Position numbers and translations under genes: made by a program. Below the pieces are notes generated by a model. It was not told where the DNA came from. It did not search any database and worked only from the letters and a program-made list of their open reading frames with translations. From positions 1 through 64,000 of the IMG/VR virus record IMGVR_UViG_3300025687_007517: 64,000 bases of DNA. One strand, written 5' to 3'. Positions 1 through 9,695 of the stretch are shown here, piece after piece. This DNA comes from a virus. Positions within the stretch are counted from its first letter, which is position 1. The number at the start of each line of letters is the position of its first letter.

Positions 1-2278
1 TACTCTTTTCCTCTGCAACAGCAAGGGACAAGTTTGCAGCAGGTATCAAGTCCCTTGCGGCAAATGCATTCTCAATAAACTTGCAAGAGGTCTTGTATTT
101 ATCTCCACAAGGAATCTCGTCAAGAATACCAATACGCTTGTTGTAAAGGTCAAGGTTGCGCTCTGTGTCTTTACACTCGTTTAACAAAGAAGTTAAGTTT
201 TCTTTTAGTTTTGTGTTTTGCTCGACTTCTTCTGTTAAAGCCTTTTCGTCAAACTGTTGAAGAAGTTCTTTTGCGTTCTCCAAAAAAAGACTTGACTCGC
301 CTATCTTTGTATGATAGTTGTTTATTTTTCTATCGATACTCTCGATAAGAAGCTCGGCTGTGTTTATCTGGTTTTCGACCAATGGCGCGTCAATAATCTC
401 TGCTGGAATAGAGTCGAGTTTGTCTTCTGTTTCTTTGAGGTCTGCTTTTAAGGTTTTTAGTTTTTGCTCCAACTCTTCGCAACGTTGGTCGTTTTGTTCG
501 ATAAGAACTAAAACCTCGTCTTGTTTATTTGCAATGGCTTCTTCATCTGCGTCGAGGTTAAAGGTTTCCAGCTTTTTGAGGTAGCCTTTTGTATCGGCAC
601 TTTCTTTCTTAGCCAGCTTAAACTTTTTATCAAAGAACTCCAAGTCAAGGAACTTTGCAAGAATTTCTTTGCGACGGGTTGAGCCCTCGTTAATAAAGTC
701 AAGTGCGCCTAGCTGTGAAGACATAGAGGTTGTTAAAAAGTCTTCCAGTGTGCCAAAGGTATGACGAATACGAGCGTCAGTTCCGTTACGGTCTGTGGAG
801 TCAAGTATTTCTTCCTCACCTGTGGCAAGGTCGATAACGCTAAACTTTACATCTGTGCGTGCCTCTGTGGTTGCTTGACCACGAAGTTTCTTTTCGTATT
901 TCTCACTTGTGCGCTCGACAGTGTATAGTTTTGTGCCTACTTGAATCTTTACTTTGCCTCGACCACCATTCTTTTTATTATTTACAATATCAACATTCTT
1001 ACGAACATTCTTTGATGTAGAGTTGTAAAGCGTGTAAAGTAGAGAATCTACCACGGAAGACTTACCTGAGTAGTTCTTACCAAAGATGCCTACAAGACCC
1101 CGAATGTTTTCAAAGTCTATTTTGTTTCCCTCGCCATAACAAAACAGATTGTCCCACTCAAGGTGTTTGAGCGACCAGTTGACATTGCGAGCAACTTCCT
1201 CGTTTTCCTCGGCTTCTTTGTTGAACCGCTCGTTGAGCGAGAAGACTTCTTTGAGGAGTTCTTCGCTTGGCTCGTAGTCTTTGAGGTAATCGCGGATAAG
1301 CTCTTGTTGGACTTGAACGTCCCGAAGATTTTGCTCCGTAATTTCGTCTGTGTGCGCCGAAGATAAACTTACCCCAGCCCTGTTAAGGAAAGTAAGACTT
1401 TCGGGCTTGAAGCGCGTCCTAACCACGTCTGTGGCTTTCCTAATAGTTTCCACTGGAAGCTTGGTATTTGCTACAACACGAACTCTTGCACCGAGTGGTA
1501 TTTTTGTGTTTTTTGGCACTCTGCCTTTTGCTGTAAGCTCAATAGTGATAAAGGGCTTTGGGTTTCTAAAAGTGTGGAGTTCTACCTTAAAGTCATCCTT
1601 ATTATCGATAGTCCAAAGCAGGTAGCCTTTGTCCAGTTCTTCTGCGTGGTTTTGCTGGACTGTGCTGCCAACATAACGCACTCGCCCTTCGTCGTCAAGG
1701 ATTTGATTGGTTTTGTGAATATCGCCAAGCATGGCATAGTCAAAACCCTCAAAGATAGAAACGTCGTTCTCGCCGTGCTCCATAACCCAACCAAGAGAAG
1801 TCTCGCAGCCAGAGATAGAACCGTGATAAAGAGCAATATTAATTTTATCTTTTCTCGTCGGCTTAACCCAGTTCTCTGGGTCGAACACGGAAAGAACGTT
1901 AAACACAATATTTGTGTCCCACAGGGTCTCACCGGAGTCTTTAAGAAGGTGAATATGCTTGTGGTTGAGCGCAGTCACCAAAGGCGTGATGGCATCTTGA
2001 CGTGCTGTGTTTCTCAGGTTGCCGTCATGGTTGCCTGGAATAATAATAAGTGGGGCAATATCGGCAAGGTTTTTGAGAAAGTCTGTGGCGAGGTCAAAAT
2101 ACTCTGGCGAAAGGTTGACCTTTGTGTGCGCCAAGTCTCCACAATGAACAATACAGTCTGGCTTTTGTTTGCGTAGAGACTTATACATTTGTGCGAACAC
2201 ATCACGGTATTCTTTGTGGTATTTTAGGTTCCGTATATGGGTGTCACTAATGTGGGCAATTTTGTAGTTTAACTTCAT
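1..2278 (-). CDS. Fused Mre11/SbcD nuclease - Rad50/SbcC ATPase (3'-truncated by window edge)
   Basis: Read by hand from the ATG at 2278: MKLNYKIAHISDTH...HCGDLAH...IPGNHD...LGDIHK (metallophosphoesterase motifs). The same frame then gives LEWDNLFCYG and Walker A GKNYSGKSS (~1090), followed by coiled coil. It is absent from the ORF track because it has no stop inside the window. Confidence 0.9.
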   Translation of the reverse strand, partial: MKLNYKIAHISDTHIRNLKYHKEYRDVFAQMYKSLRKQKPDCIVHCGDLAHTKVNLSPEYFDLATDFLKNLADIAPLIIIPGNHDGNLRNTARQDAITPLVTALNHKHIHLLKDSGETLWDTNIVFNVLSVFDPENWVKPTRKDKINIALYHGSISGCETSLGWVMEHGENDVSIFEGFDYAMLGDIHKTNQILDDEGRVRYVGSTVQQNHAEELDKGYLLWTIDNKDDFKVELHTFRNPKPFITIELTAKGRVPKNTKIPLGARVRVVANTKLPVETIRKATDVVRTRFKPESLTFLNRAGVSLSSAHTDEITEQNLRDVQVQQELIRDYLKDYEPSEELLKEVFSLNERFNKEAEENEEVARNVNWSLKHLEWDNLFCYGEGNKIDFENIRGLVGIFGKNYSGKSSVVDSLLYTLYNSTSKNVRKNVDIVNNKKNGGRGKVKIQVGTKLYTVERTSEKYEKKLRGQATTEARTDVKFSVIDLATGEEEILDSTDRNGTDARIRHTFGTLEDFLTTSMSSQLGALDFINEGSTRRKEILAKFLDLEFFDKKFKLAKKESADTKGYLKKLETFNLDADEEAIANKQDEVLVLIEQNDQRCEELEQKLKTLKADLKETEDKLDSIPAEIIDAPLVENQINTAELLIESIDRKINNYHTKIGESSLFLENAKELLQQFDEKALTEEVEQNTKLKENLTSLLNECKDTERNLDLYNKRIGILDEIPCGDKYKTSCKFIENAFAARDLIPAANLSLAVAEEKS

Positions 2279-2286
2279 TTATTCTC

Positions 2287-3213
2287 CTAAACGCAGGCAA
2301 CCTGCATAGCCAAAAGGTTATCTGGGTCTACCCAGGTGGCGTTTTCTTTTCTTTCTTGGAACTGTCCTCGGGTCATTTCACCTACATCGTCGTATCCTGA
2401 AATGTCTACTTTGTAAACATCTACATCATATTGTAGCAGTTTTCGCATAATTTTGTAAGCCTTTGAGTCGGCATCTGGGTCAAGGGCGAAATAGACTGCG
2501 GTATCGTTATGAACAATACTTTGGAATAACTTGCTTTCTTCTCGCAGGGTTGAGCCAAGAATAGGCACAGCGTTTTCACCTGCGATGATGGCGTCGAACA
2601 CACCTTCTACTAAAATAATTTCTTGGGAAAAGTCGAGGAACAGTTCGTTGAAAATAATGTCTTTGCTTGCATCGGGGTTGCGATACTTTGCCCAAGAACC
2701 TTTGTAGGTTCGTGCGATAAAGAAGTTTGGGTCACCGTCTTTGTTGAAAGATGGGATAATAATGCGGTCTTTAAACTCGCCCCAAGGACAGTAGCCTATT
2801 TTCCAAAACAGTATCTCGTCCATTGTGATGCCGCGCTTTGCGAGATAATGTCGGGCTGGAAGAGAAGAGTGGGGTAGGTTGTTCTTGCCAAGAAAAATAT
2901 AATCTTTTGGAAGCTCAATAACCTGCTCTACTTCTTCTCCTTCCTCGCCAAAAAGGTCGTCGAAGTTGGTTAGGTCTACATCGGGGGTGAGTTCCAACCA
3001 GCGTTGTTTGTCGGCAAATGTGGCAAAGCGGCGAACAAGACGGAAGATAGACTTGCCCGAATAGTTGCAGTGCCAACACTGGAACTTGTCTTTGTCGATG
3101 TTGACAGATAGTTTGTTGTTGTGGTGCTTACAGTTGGGGCAATGAAACAAACGCTCCCCACCGCTTTTGCGAAAGTCGCCTAATGTTCTGCGGAGGATAG
3201 AGACTTTTTCCAT
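2287..3213 (-). CDS. DNA primase (Zn ribbon + TOPRIM)
   Basis: HCPNCKH...FQCWHC zinc finger, RIIIP, LVEGVFDA and ALDPDAD TOPRIM motifs. Probable start MEKVS at 3213. Confidence 0.9.
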   Translation of the reverse strand: MEKVSILRRTLGDFRKSGGERLFHCPNCKHHNNKLSVNIDKDKFQCWHCNYSGKSIFRLVRRFATFADKQRWLELTPDVDLTNFDDLFGEEGEEVEQVIELPKDYIFLGKNNLPHSSLPARHYLAKRGITMDEILFWKIGYCPWGEFKDRIIIPSFNKDGDPNFFIARTYKGSWAKYRNPDASKDIIFNELFLDFSQEIILVEGVFDAIIAGENAVPILGSTLREESKLFQSIVHNDTAVYFALDPDADSKAYKIMRKLLQYDVDVYKVDISGYDDVGEMTRGQFQERKENATWVDPDNLLAMQVACV

Positions 3214-3716
3214 ACTGACCAACCTGCTTTTGCGATAACCCAACTGTCTGCTTTGTCATATGACTCTGGACGTGGGTTGCCCTTTGTCGTGTATTGTATA
3301 TCAAAAGTGGGGTCGTTGTCAAGAACAAATTGTAGAACAACGGGTTTTGCTTTTGTGCCACGGGGAACTTTGATGCCTACGGCTCGTCTTGCTTCGCCTG
3401 CGGTTAGGTATTGTGGCTGGGCTCCAAAAAGGTTGTAGGTTATCCAACTAACGACTCCGTTGAATCTTTGTAGCGCTGCCATGGTCTTGGCAGAAGAGCC
3501 ACCGGAGTTGAAAAACATAAACGGTTGCTCAATAAAAACTTCGGTTATTTTAACCTCGCTTTTAATGGTTGTCAAGTATTCTTTTATTTTTTCTGCCTTG
3601 ACAAAAAAGTCTTTATGCTTGCGGAGGTCTATTGCTGAACAAAGTACAACATCTCCGTTGGTGTCTATTACAGACACACCTGTGATGGACGTTGAAACGT
3701 CAAGTGCTAATATCAT
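3180..3716 (-). CDS. ruvC: RuvC-like Holliday junction resolvase
   Basis: N-terminal ILALDVSTSITG, VFIEQP and C-terminal DKADSWVIA give the RNase H-fold acidic residues. Confidence 0.8.
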   Translation of the reverse strand: MILALDVSTSITGVSVIDTNGDVVLCSAIDLRKHKDFFVKAEKIKEYLTTIKSEVKITEVFIEQPFMFFNSGGSSAKTMAALQRFNGVVSWITYNLFGAQPQYLTAGEARRAVGIKVPRGTKAKPVVLQFVLDNDPTFDIQYTTKGNPRPESYDKADSWVIAKAGWSVWKKSLSSAEH

Positions 3717-3728
3717 ACTGTTATTATA

Positions 3729-4817
3729 CTATAAGTCAAGTCTTATTTTAAAGGTGTAAGCCAAGTCTTCGGTTTTTTTGATTGGCTCGGCAAGATGGGC
3801 AATGCCAAGAAGTTGTTTGTTGTTGTCATAAATAGCAACCTTGGAAATGTAAGTCGTCTTAACAAAATCAGCATTAGTATTTGAGTATGGTGACTTTGTG
3901 ATGTTCTTAATTGTTTTTGGGGGCTCGTTGTATAAAGTAGTATTGCCGGTCAAGCTTGAACTGGCTAAATAATTTCCAGAAATGAAGGTGGGGTTGTTGC
4001 TGTAGTTGAACTCGTTTATCTCAGCATGAGCAAACATGGTCATGGTCGGCGTGTAGGTTGTTCCTTTGTACTCCAACTCAAAAGAGCTACTTAAAACAGT
4101 GCCGCCAGTGTCTGCAAAATCAATTAATGAGCCAGTGGCATTACCACTTGTATAGCCGTCAATAACCGTTGGTCCCAAAGCTGCTGTCCCAAACAGCGCA
4201 ATAAAGCCCTCATTATAAAGCGTGATACCTGCCACTGAACCACTAGACGAACCACTGATGGAGCGTAATACGCCATCGTTATTGCTGTCCTCAACCACAC
4301 CAACTAACGAACCAGTGTAATAGTAGTTCAAACGAAGCGAGCCGCGCTTAATTGTTGAGCCGTAAAAAATACTTGGTATTGAAATTAGCTTTACTGCTAC
4401 ACCATCAAAATACTCATCGTAATCATAATATTCAGATAGAGAGCGATAATAATTGATAATGTTTTTTAAGTTTGTTGTGTGGGTGAGGTCAACGCCGTAC
4501 TCAACTTGTACCGAAGATGTTAGGGGTAAATACGTCTTATACTCGTCGCCATACAAAGCCGTGGAGTAAGAACTGGTGGTTGTTGTTTTAAAGGAGGCGA
4601 AATCAGAGTCCTTATTTAGAAACTGATAAATTCTCTCATCTCCAGTTCTATTAACACTTAAATCGTAGGCAGATAGGTTGCCATTAGGAACATTAGAGTT
4701 TGAGCTAGAAATGTTATTAAGGTAAGTTTCTCCAGCAACAAAAGTAAAAGTTACTTTTGGGTGAGCTTTAATCGTATTAAAAATAATCTCATCTTTGCTG
4801 AACGGTTTAAACTTCAT
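3729..4817 (-). CDS. Virion structural (baseplate/tail-collar-like) protein
   Basis: C-terminal FNYSNNPTF...ISKVAIYD..KQLLGIAHLAEPIKK..FKIRLDL is paralogous to 4817..5839. Lies in the structural cluster. Confidence 0.65.
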   Translation of the reverse strand: MKFKPFSKDEIIFNTIKAHPKVTFTFVAGETYLNNISSSNSNVPNGNLSAYDLSVNRTGDERIYQFLNKDSDFASFKTTTTSSYSTALYGDEYKTYLPLTSSVQVEYGVDLTHTTNLKNIINYYRSLSEYYDYDEYFDGVAVKLISIPSIFYGSTIKRGSLRLNYYYTGSLVGVVEDSNNDGVLRSISGSSSGSVAGITLYNEGFIALFGTAALGPTVIDGYTSGNATGSLIDFADTGGTVLSSSFELEYKGTTYTPTMTMFAHAEINEFNYSNNPTFISGNYLASSSLTGNTTLYNEPPKTIKNITKSPYSNTNADFVKTTYISKVAIYDNNKQLLGIAHLAEPIKKTEDLAYTFKIRLDL

Positions 4818-5839
4818 TAGTAATCGAGGCGCACACGAAGGGTGACTTCGTTTGCGGGGGTCTTTTTAATGGGCTCACTTAGTTTTGCAACTGCTAACAA
4901 CTCGTTGTCAGAGGAGTAAAGTCCAACCGTTGTAAAGTATGAGGCTGGCAAATCTTCCTGCTGTTCTTTTACAAAAACCTGTGATTGGGTTAAGTATGTT
5001 GGGTTGGCGCTGTAGTTAAAGTCGCCATTAAGTGCCCTACAGAAGTAAATTGTTGAATTTAGCTCTGTGGTATTGTTAAAGGAGCAATCGTGCCATCTTC
5101 TTCTCAAACCTGCGGCAAACGTGTTTAAGGTTGAGCCGGTCAAAGAGCCGGTGCAAGTTCTGCCGTCAGCATCGAACACGGCGTCTTTGTCAAAGATTGA
5201 AGACGTTAAGACTGCAACACCAGCTTGGTAAAAAATTAATCCTCTACGATTATCTGCCGTAGCAGTGCCATTTTTGTAAAGAATTCCGTACTCGCCAGCG
5301 GGGGAGTTAATTTTGTAGTCTGTTGCCGCACCAGCGTCTGAGAATGAAACCACATCGGTTGGTGTAGTGTAACTGCCAGCAGTTTTCAGTGAAATACTAA
5401 ATGTTTGCTTTTGGATTTCGTCTTTAGTTAACAGTCTGGAAAAGTTAATAAAAATACAGGAATCTAACTCTGCACCGCCTGCGGCTAGGTTTCCGTCTTC
5501 GTCAAATTTGTTCACAGAACCAGTGCTGTCAAATCCAACTAAAACCTGCGCCATTTGATTGTAAATGTTTATTTTCTTCTCTTGTTGTGTCACGTCTGCT
5601 GTGCCGCTAAGTTCAGAATCAGCAGAGTAACCAGCAGTCACATCAAAAATGTGGTTTGCTGAAGAGCTTAAATATGGGTAATCATACACTGAAGTAAACA
5701 TACCGTGTGAATATGTCTTAATGTTTTCGTCAGCGTATGTGCCACTAACCAAAGTACCAGTTAGTGGAATAGCCTCGTGCAACAGAGTTTTAGTCGCTGT
5801 TCTATCGTTGGGTGTTAATGTTTTAAACGAACTTGCCAT
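4817..5839 (-). CDS. Virion structural (baseplate/tail-collar-like) protein
   Basis: C-terminal TTVGLYSSDNELLAVAKLSEPIKK resembles the C-half of the tail-collar fibre (DUF3751-like) domain. Confidence 0.65.
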   Translation of the reverse strand: MASSFKTLTPNDRTATKTLLHEAIPLTGTLVSGTYADENIKTYSHGMFTSVYDYPYLSSSANHIFDVTAGYSADSELSGTADVTQQEKKINIYNQMAQVLVGFDSTGSVNKFDEDGNLAAGGAELDSCIFINFSRLLTKDEIQKQTFSISLKTAGSYTTPTDVVSFSDAGAATDYKINSPAGEYGILYKNGTATADNRRGLIFYQAGVAVLTSSIFDKDAVFDADGRTCTGSLTGSTLNTFAAGLRRRWHDCSFNNTTELNSTIYFCRALNGDFNYSANPTYLTQSQVFVKEQQEDLPASYFTTVGLYSSDNELLAVAKLSEPIKKTPANEVTLRVRLDY

Positions 5840-5854
5840 TTTTATTTCCTTTTA

Positions 5855-6796
5855 TTAAGCGGTCTTCTTTATGAATCGTAAAGCAATGTCTACAGAAAAA
5901 CCAGTGTTACCACCAGTTACTCTCATAATTGTATCAATGTACTTGTATGTTTCTCCATCAATTGGCGCTGTTGAGCCAAATTGATTAAACAAAGCCTCAG
6001 AGGTTCTAAGGTTTGTAGAAGCTTTGAATTTAAACTGCGCTCGTCCCTGGAATGGACCGGCGAGCGCTGAGTCGTTGGTAGAGGAGTCTGCGCTGGTGGC
6101 GTGTGGAGTAATTGCGTTTGTTAGAACATAAGTTGCAACCTGATCGTCGTCTAAGAAATCAAAGTTTTGTTCTTCGCTATTTCCATTTCCCGACACCAGA
6201 ACAAGTGAACCAAGTCTGTTGTCTAGTTCAACAATTAGTTGAGTTTCTTGTAAATCAACGTCTACCGATTGTCCTTTTGGTACATTAGGACTGTCGATGC
6301 CGAAGTCTAATCTAACGGTTGCAGTAGCGTCAGTTGGCTTAAGACCGTTAAAAACGCCGGTTTGATTGCCGGGGTCGGTGCCAAAAATCGCACCATTGTT
6401 AATAGTGTTATCATCTACACAAATGGTGTAAGCAGAACCAGACCCTGGGAGGGTGAATAGCCCGTTTGTGCCCTTTTGGTTTGGCTTGATAACAGGAAGA
6501 TACAATAGGTCATTTCTAGAGTAAGATACAAGACGGTGTTTAAGAAGCGATGTGTTGTTTGTAAAAGCCTCTAAAACTGGTGTTTGGAGAATGTCCAAGT
6601 CTGCAAAAGCAGAGCCGCTTGGGTGCGCTCCAGAAGGATTGTTAGAGTTTCTGTAAAGCCTGTAGTTAATCTCATCATCACCAAGAGCAAACTTAGTAAT
6701 TTTAAAGGAGCCATCTCCCTTTGCTAAACGCATTCTACCTGTATCTGTTAAGACTGCATCTAAAATAATGTCACCGCTGTTATCTAAAAAAGCCAT
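5855..6796 (-). CDS. Virion structural protein
   Basis: N-terminal VLTDTGRMRLAKG..FKITKFALGDDE resembles the N-half of the tail-collar fibre domain. Context fits. Confidence 0.6.
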   Translation of the reverse strand: MAFLDNSGDIILDAVLTDTGRMRLAKGDGSFKITKFALGDDEINYRLYRNSNNPSGAHPSGSAFADLDILQTPVLEAFTNNTSLLKHRLVSYSRNDLLYLPVIKPNQKGTNGLFTLPGSGSAYTICVDDNTINNGAIFGTDPGNQTGVFNGLKPTDATATVRLDFGIDSPNVPKGQSVDVDLQETQLIVELDNRLGSLVLVSGNGNSEEQNFDFLDDDQVATYVLTNAITPHATSADSSTNDSALAGPFQGRAQFKFKASTNLRTSEALFNQFGSTAPIDGETYKYIDTIMRVTGGNTGFSVDIALRFIKKTA

Positions 6797-6810
6797 TTAT
6801 GTACCTCTTC

Positions 6811-9681
6811 CTAATTAGACTTGAGTTTTGAAAAATTCGCTAAAAGCGATTCAAGGGTTTGTTTATCGAGTTTATTATTTTGTATTTTATCAACAATAGC
6901 CTCGATTAACTCCGTGTTAACCCTAAACTCCTCTTCATTTGTAAGTAGTTTGCTAGCTACTTTTATATCTACATCAAGTAAATTTGATAGCTCAACAAGG
7001 TCAGAACCAAAGAACCCTTTTGATTTTAAGTTCTTCAAGTTTTGAGCACTGCTTTGTCCCGTCTTGTCAATCGTCACCAGTTTTGGAAAAAAGTTTAAGT
7101 CAATTGCTCTTCCGGTTGATTTTGATTTAATACGCACTTTGTAGAACATGTCTGGGTCAAAGGGGTCAATGTTCTTGTCGCCAATCTTAATCTGTTGAAA
7201 GTTTAATTTCTGTGCTTGGTCAAGAGCCGTCTTTGCAGGTTGTAAGTTCGGCTGTATTGCTTGCTCGCTAAATCCTACTGAAATGATGCCATTGGATTTC
7301 GCTGTTGTTGGCTGTGGAGCAGGTGCAACCTCGCTTGGGAAAGAATACTCTTTCAACTCTGCGGTATGAATCTCGTCTTCTTGAGTCACAGATAGCTCAA
7401 TAATCGGGCTTGGGTTAGATACAAGACCGTGCGCGTTGATTGCCCTAAAGCAATAGTAATAAGTTTTGTTTGGTGTTATCGAATCAATAAATCCAGTATT
7501 TTCGTTTTTGTTGATGGTTGTAACAAGCGCAGAGCCGAAGTCCGCGTAGTTTAACGGAGCCACTTCAAGGCGAAGAGCCTGATAAGAAACGATTGGAGAG
7601 CGACTAGAGAAATCAAACTCGTTCAATAGGGAGCTTAAGATTGAAATAGCTGCGGCTTCGCCGCCTATAGCGCTAACATATGCTTGTTCTGATGTTACGA
7701 AATTAACAAGGTCGTCAAAAGATAACTCGCCGTCGGCAAACGCACCTTCATAATCTTTCTTGTGGGCTTTAACAACCTTTTGTAGAGTTAAAAGATCTTC
7801 GTTAAAAATAGCAATAGGTTTTGTTTTGATTCCAGAAACGTTGTCGTTGAAAACTATTTTTACTTTCTCGGCATCAAAGCGACTTGGTAAAACAGTGACT
7901 GTTGGATAAACAGGGGGCTTGTCAAAAGCTATAACACCTGTTATTTCTTTCAGTGGCACTTTCATAATACGCAAGTCTGGGTAGCTTAGGAATCTGCTTG
8001 TAATGGTGTCTAGATTTGCCCCAGATTTAGTTTGGTTTTCTAGTGGCTTTACACCTGTGCCAACGCTAATAACGTGGCAGAAGAACCTATAGACGTACTC
8101 TGTGTTGTAGTTGATACCCGCATCAATAACTTTGATAATGTCTTCTTTGTTGGAAGAGGCTGGTATAATGTATTCCTTCTCGAATTCTGGGATTGTTGTG
8201 CCCTCGGGAGAAGTGACCACTCTGTGTCTTTCAACGGAGTAAGCAAGAACTTCAACATAGTTCTTTAACGGTGATGGTCGCAGTTTGCCCTTTTCATCTA
8301 GAATTCTTTGACCAATGGTTAAGAAGTTTCTATCAACGAACTCTTTCATCTTAGCTTGGAAAATGTATGAATCAAAACCGTTTAAAGAATTGTTTTCTTC
8401 AAACATACGGTAAATAAAATCTGTTCTGTTGATGTTTGACTGTGTAGCCACATCAAATGATATGTTGTTGTAAGTTGGGTTTATTGCAGCTAAGGCGTTT
8501 GAAAAATCGTTTTGACCATACATCACCAAATCTTTAATTTGAGAGTCCTGGCTGTTGGGCAAAGCCTTTGGGGGAATAAATTGAGCTTGCTTAAGAGCAT
8601 ACTTTAATGTCTCTCCAACGCACGGTGCCCTTCTAATGTTGTAGAGTCCTCTACCTAAAGAGGTAAATGTTGCGTCTGTGCTTAAAAACAAAAACGGACT
8701 CGTATTGACGGGGAACTTTTCTCCATCATCGGACAATGAAAAGAAAGGCTTTGTGGCTCTGTCAAGAACGTTGTAAATAAAAGTCTCGTAAATGTTGAGG
8801 TCTTTTAGCAATTCTTTAAATTCGTTGTTCTGTACTTCTGGGGTTATGTTAAAGTTGCTTACGATTTCTGCATTAAATGGAGTAACCGATTGACGCTCGT
8901 TGGTAAAATCAATAAGCTCTTTATCTAGGCTTAAAAATGACACATTGTTGATTTTAAAGTTTCCAACGCCGCCATTCCCAAAGCCTGCGGCAACAGCGTA
9001 TGCGCTGGCGTATTCACCGTCAGTTTTGTTGTAATTCTTTTGCGACAAGAAGGGCTTGTACATACCTGCTATTTTTTTCTTGTCTAAAAACGATACCTCG
9101 ATGGGATCGCTAGAAGTAAAAAGCTTTGTGTATTCTTTAAATGTTTTAAAAGAGTATTCGTTATTGGCAACAGTGTCTGTGTCCTTGTATTTTAGCTTAA
9201 CAGAGTTGTAAGCATAAAAGTCACTTGGTCTAACAACTTGTTGTGTTTGAAATAGGGTGCCGGAATCTAGACTCTCTAGACTATCAACATAGAAATTGTA
9301 ATTTGCAAACGCATCACACACTACTGAGCCATTTGTTTGAGTTATGTCAAAAAAGTGAAGGTTCTGTGGTAGGAACTGCGCTGTTTGAGGTGTCACCGAG
9401 CTATTGTTTGTTATTTCAATCTCTTCTTGGCAAACACTTCCTAGAAAGAAGTTTCTAGGCTCTTTCTCTAGCTGTTGATATACGGAGCTTTCTGGACTCC
9501 AATCAAAAACCTTTTTGTACGATAAAACTTGGTTATTGGCAGTTTTTAAAACAATGCCATTGGTTTCACTTTTATCACTGTCAAGCTGGTAAGACAGCTT
9601 TACAACATCTGGATAGTTGGGGTATAAGCCGGGAGTATCCCCTGAGCGCTGATTTCCCGTAAATGTGTAGGTTTTCTTCAT
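6811..9681 (-). CDS. Large hypothetical virion protein with FN3-like segments
   Basis: 956 aa ORF with DAGINYNTEYVYRF and DSITPNKTYYYCFRAINAHGLVSNPS (fibronectin III-like endings). Confidence 0.55.
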   Translation of the reverse strand: MKKTYTFTGNQRSGDTPGLYPNYPDVVKLSYQLDSDKSETNGIVLKTANNQVLSYKKVFDWSPESSVYQQLEKEPRNFFLGSVCQEEIEITNNSSVTPQTAQFLPQNLHFFDITQTNGSVVCDAFANYNFYVDSLESLDSGTLFQTQQVVRPSDFYAYNSVKLKYKDTDTVANNEYSFKTFKEYTKLFTSSDPIEVSFLDKKKIAGMYKPFLSQKNYNKTDGEYASAYAVAAGFGNGGVGNFKINNVSFLSLDKELIDFTNERQSVTPFNAEIVSNFNITPEVQNNEFKELLKDLNIYETFIYNVLDRATKPFFSLSDDGEKFPVNTSPFLFLSTDATFTSLGRGLYNIRRAPCVGETLKYALKQAQFIPPKALPNSQDSQIKDLVMYGQNDFSNALAAINPTYNNISFDVATQSNINRTDFIYRMFEENNSLNGFDSYIFQAKMKEFVDRNFLTIGQRILDEKGKLRPSPLKNYVEVLAYSVERHRVVTSPEGTTIPEFEKEYIIPASSNKEDIIKVIDAGINYNTEYVYRFFCHVISVGTGVKPLENQTKSGANLDTITSRFLSYPDLRIMKVPLKEITGVIAFDKPPVYPTVTVLPSRFDAEKVKIVFNDNVSGIKTKPIAIFNEDLLTLQKVVKAHKKDYEGAFADGELSFDDLVNFVTSEQAYVSAIGGEAAAISILSSLLNEFDFSSRSPIVSYQALRLEVAPLNYADFGSALVTTINKNENTGFIDSITPNKTYYYCFRAINAHGLVSNPSPIIELSVTQEDEIHTAELKEYSFPSEVAPAPQPTTAKSNGIISVGFSEQAIQPNLQPAKTALDQAQKLNFQQIKIGDKNIDPFDPDMFYKVRIKSKSTGRAIDLNFFPKLVTIDKTGQSSAQNLKNLKSKGFFGSDLVELSNLLDVDIKVASKLLTNEEEFRVNTELIEAIVDKIQNNKLDKQTLESLLANFSKLKSN

Positions 9682-9686
9682 CTTAT

Positions 9687-9693
9687 TAAATAG
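9687..9693 (-). promoter_or_regulatory. Candidate phage late promoter CTATTTA
   Basis: 5 nt upstream of the ATG at 9681, in a 14 nt intergenic gap. Confidence 0.5.
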
Positions 9694-9695
9694 AC

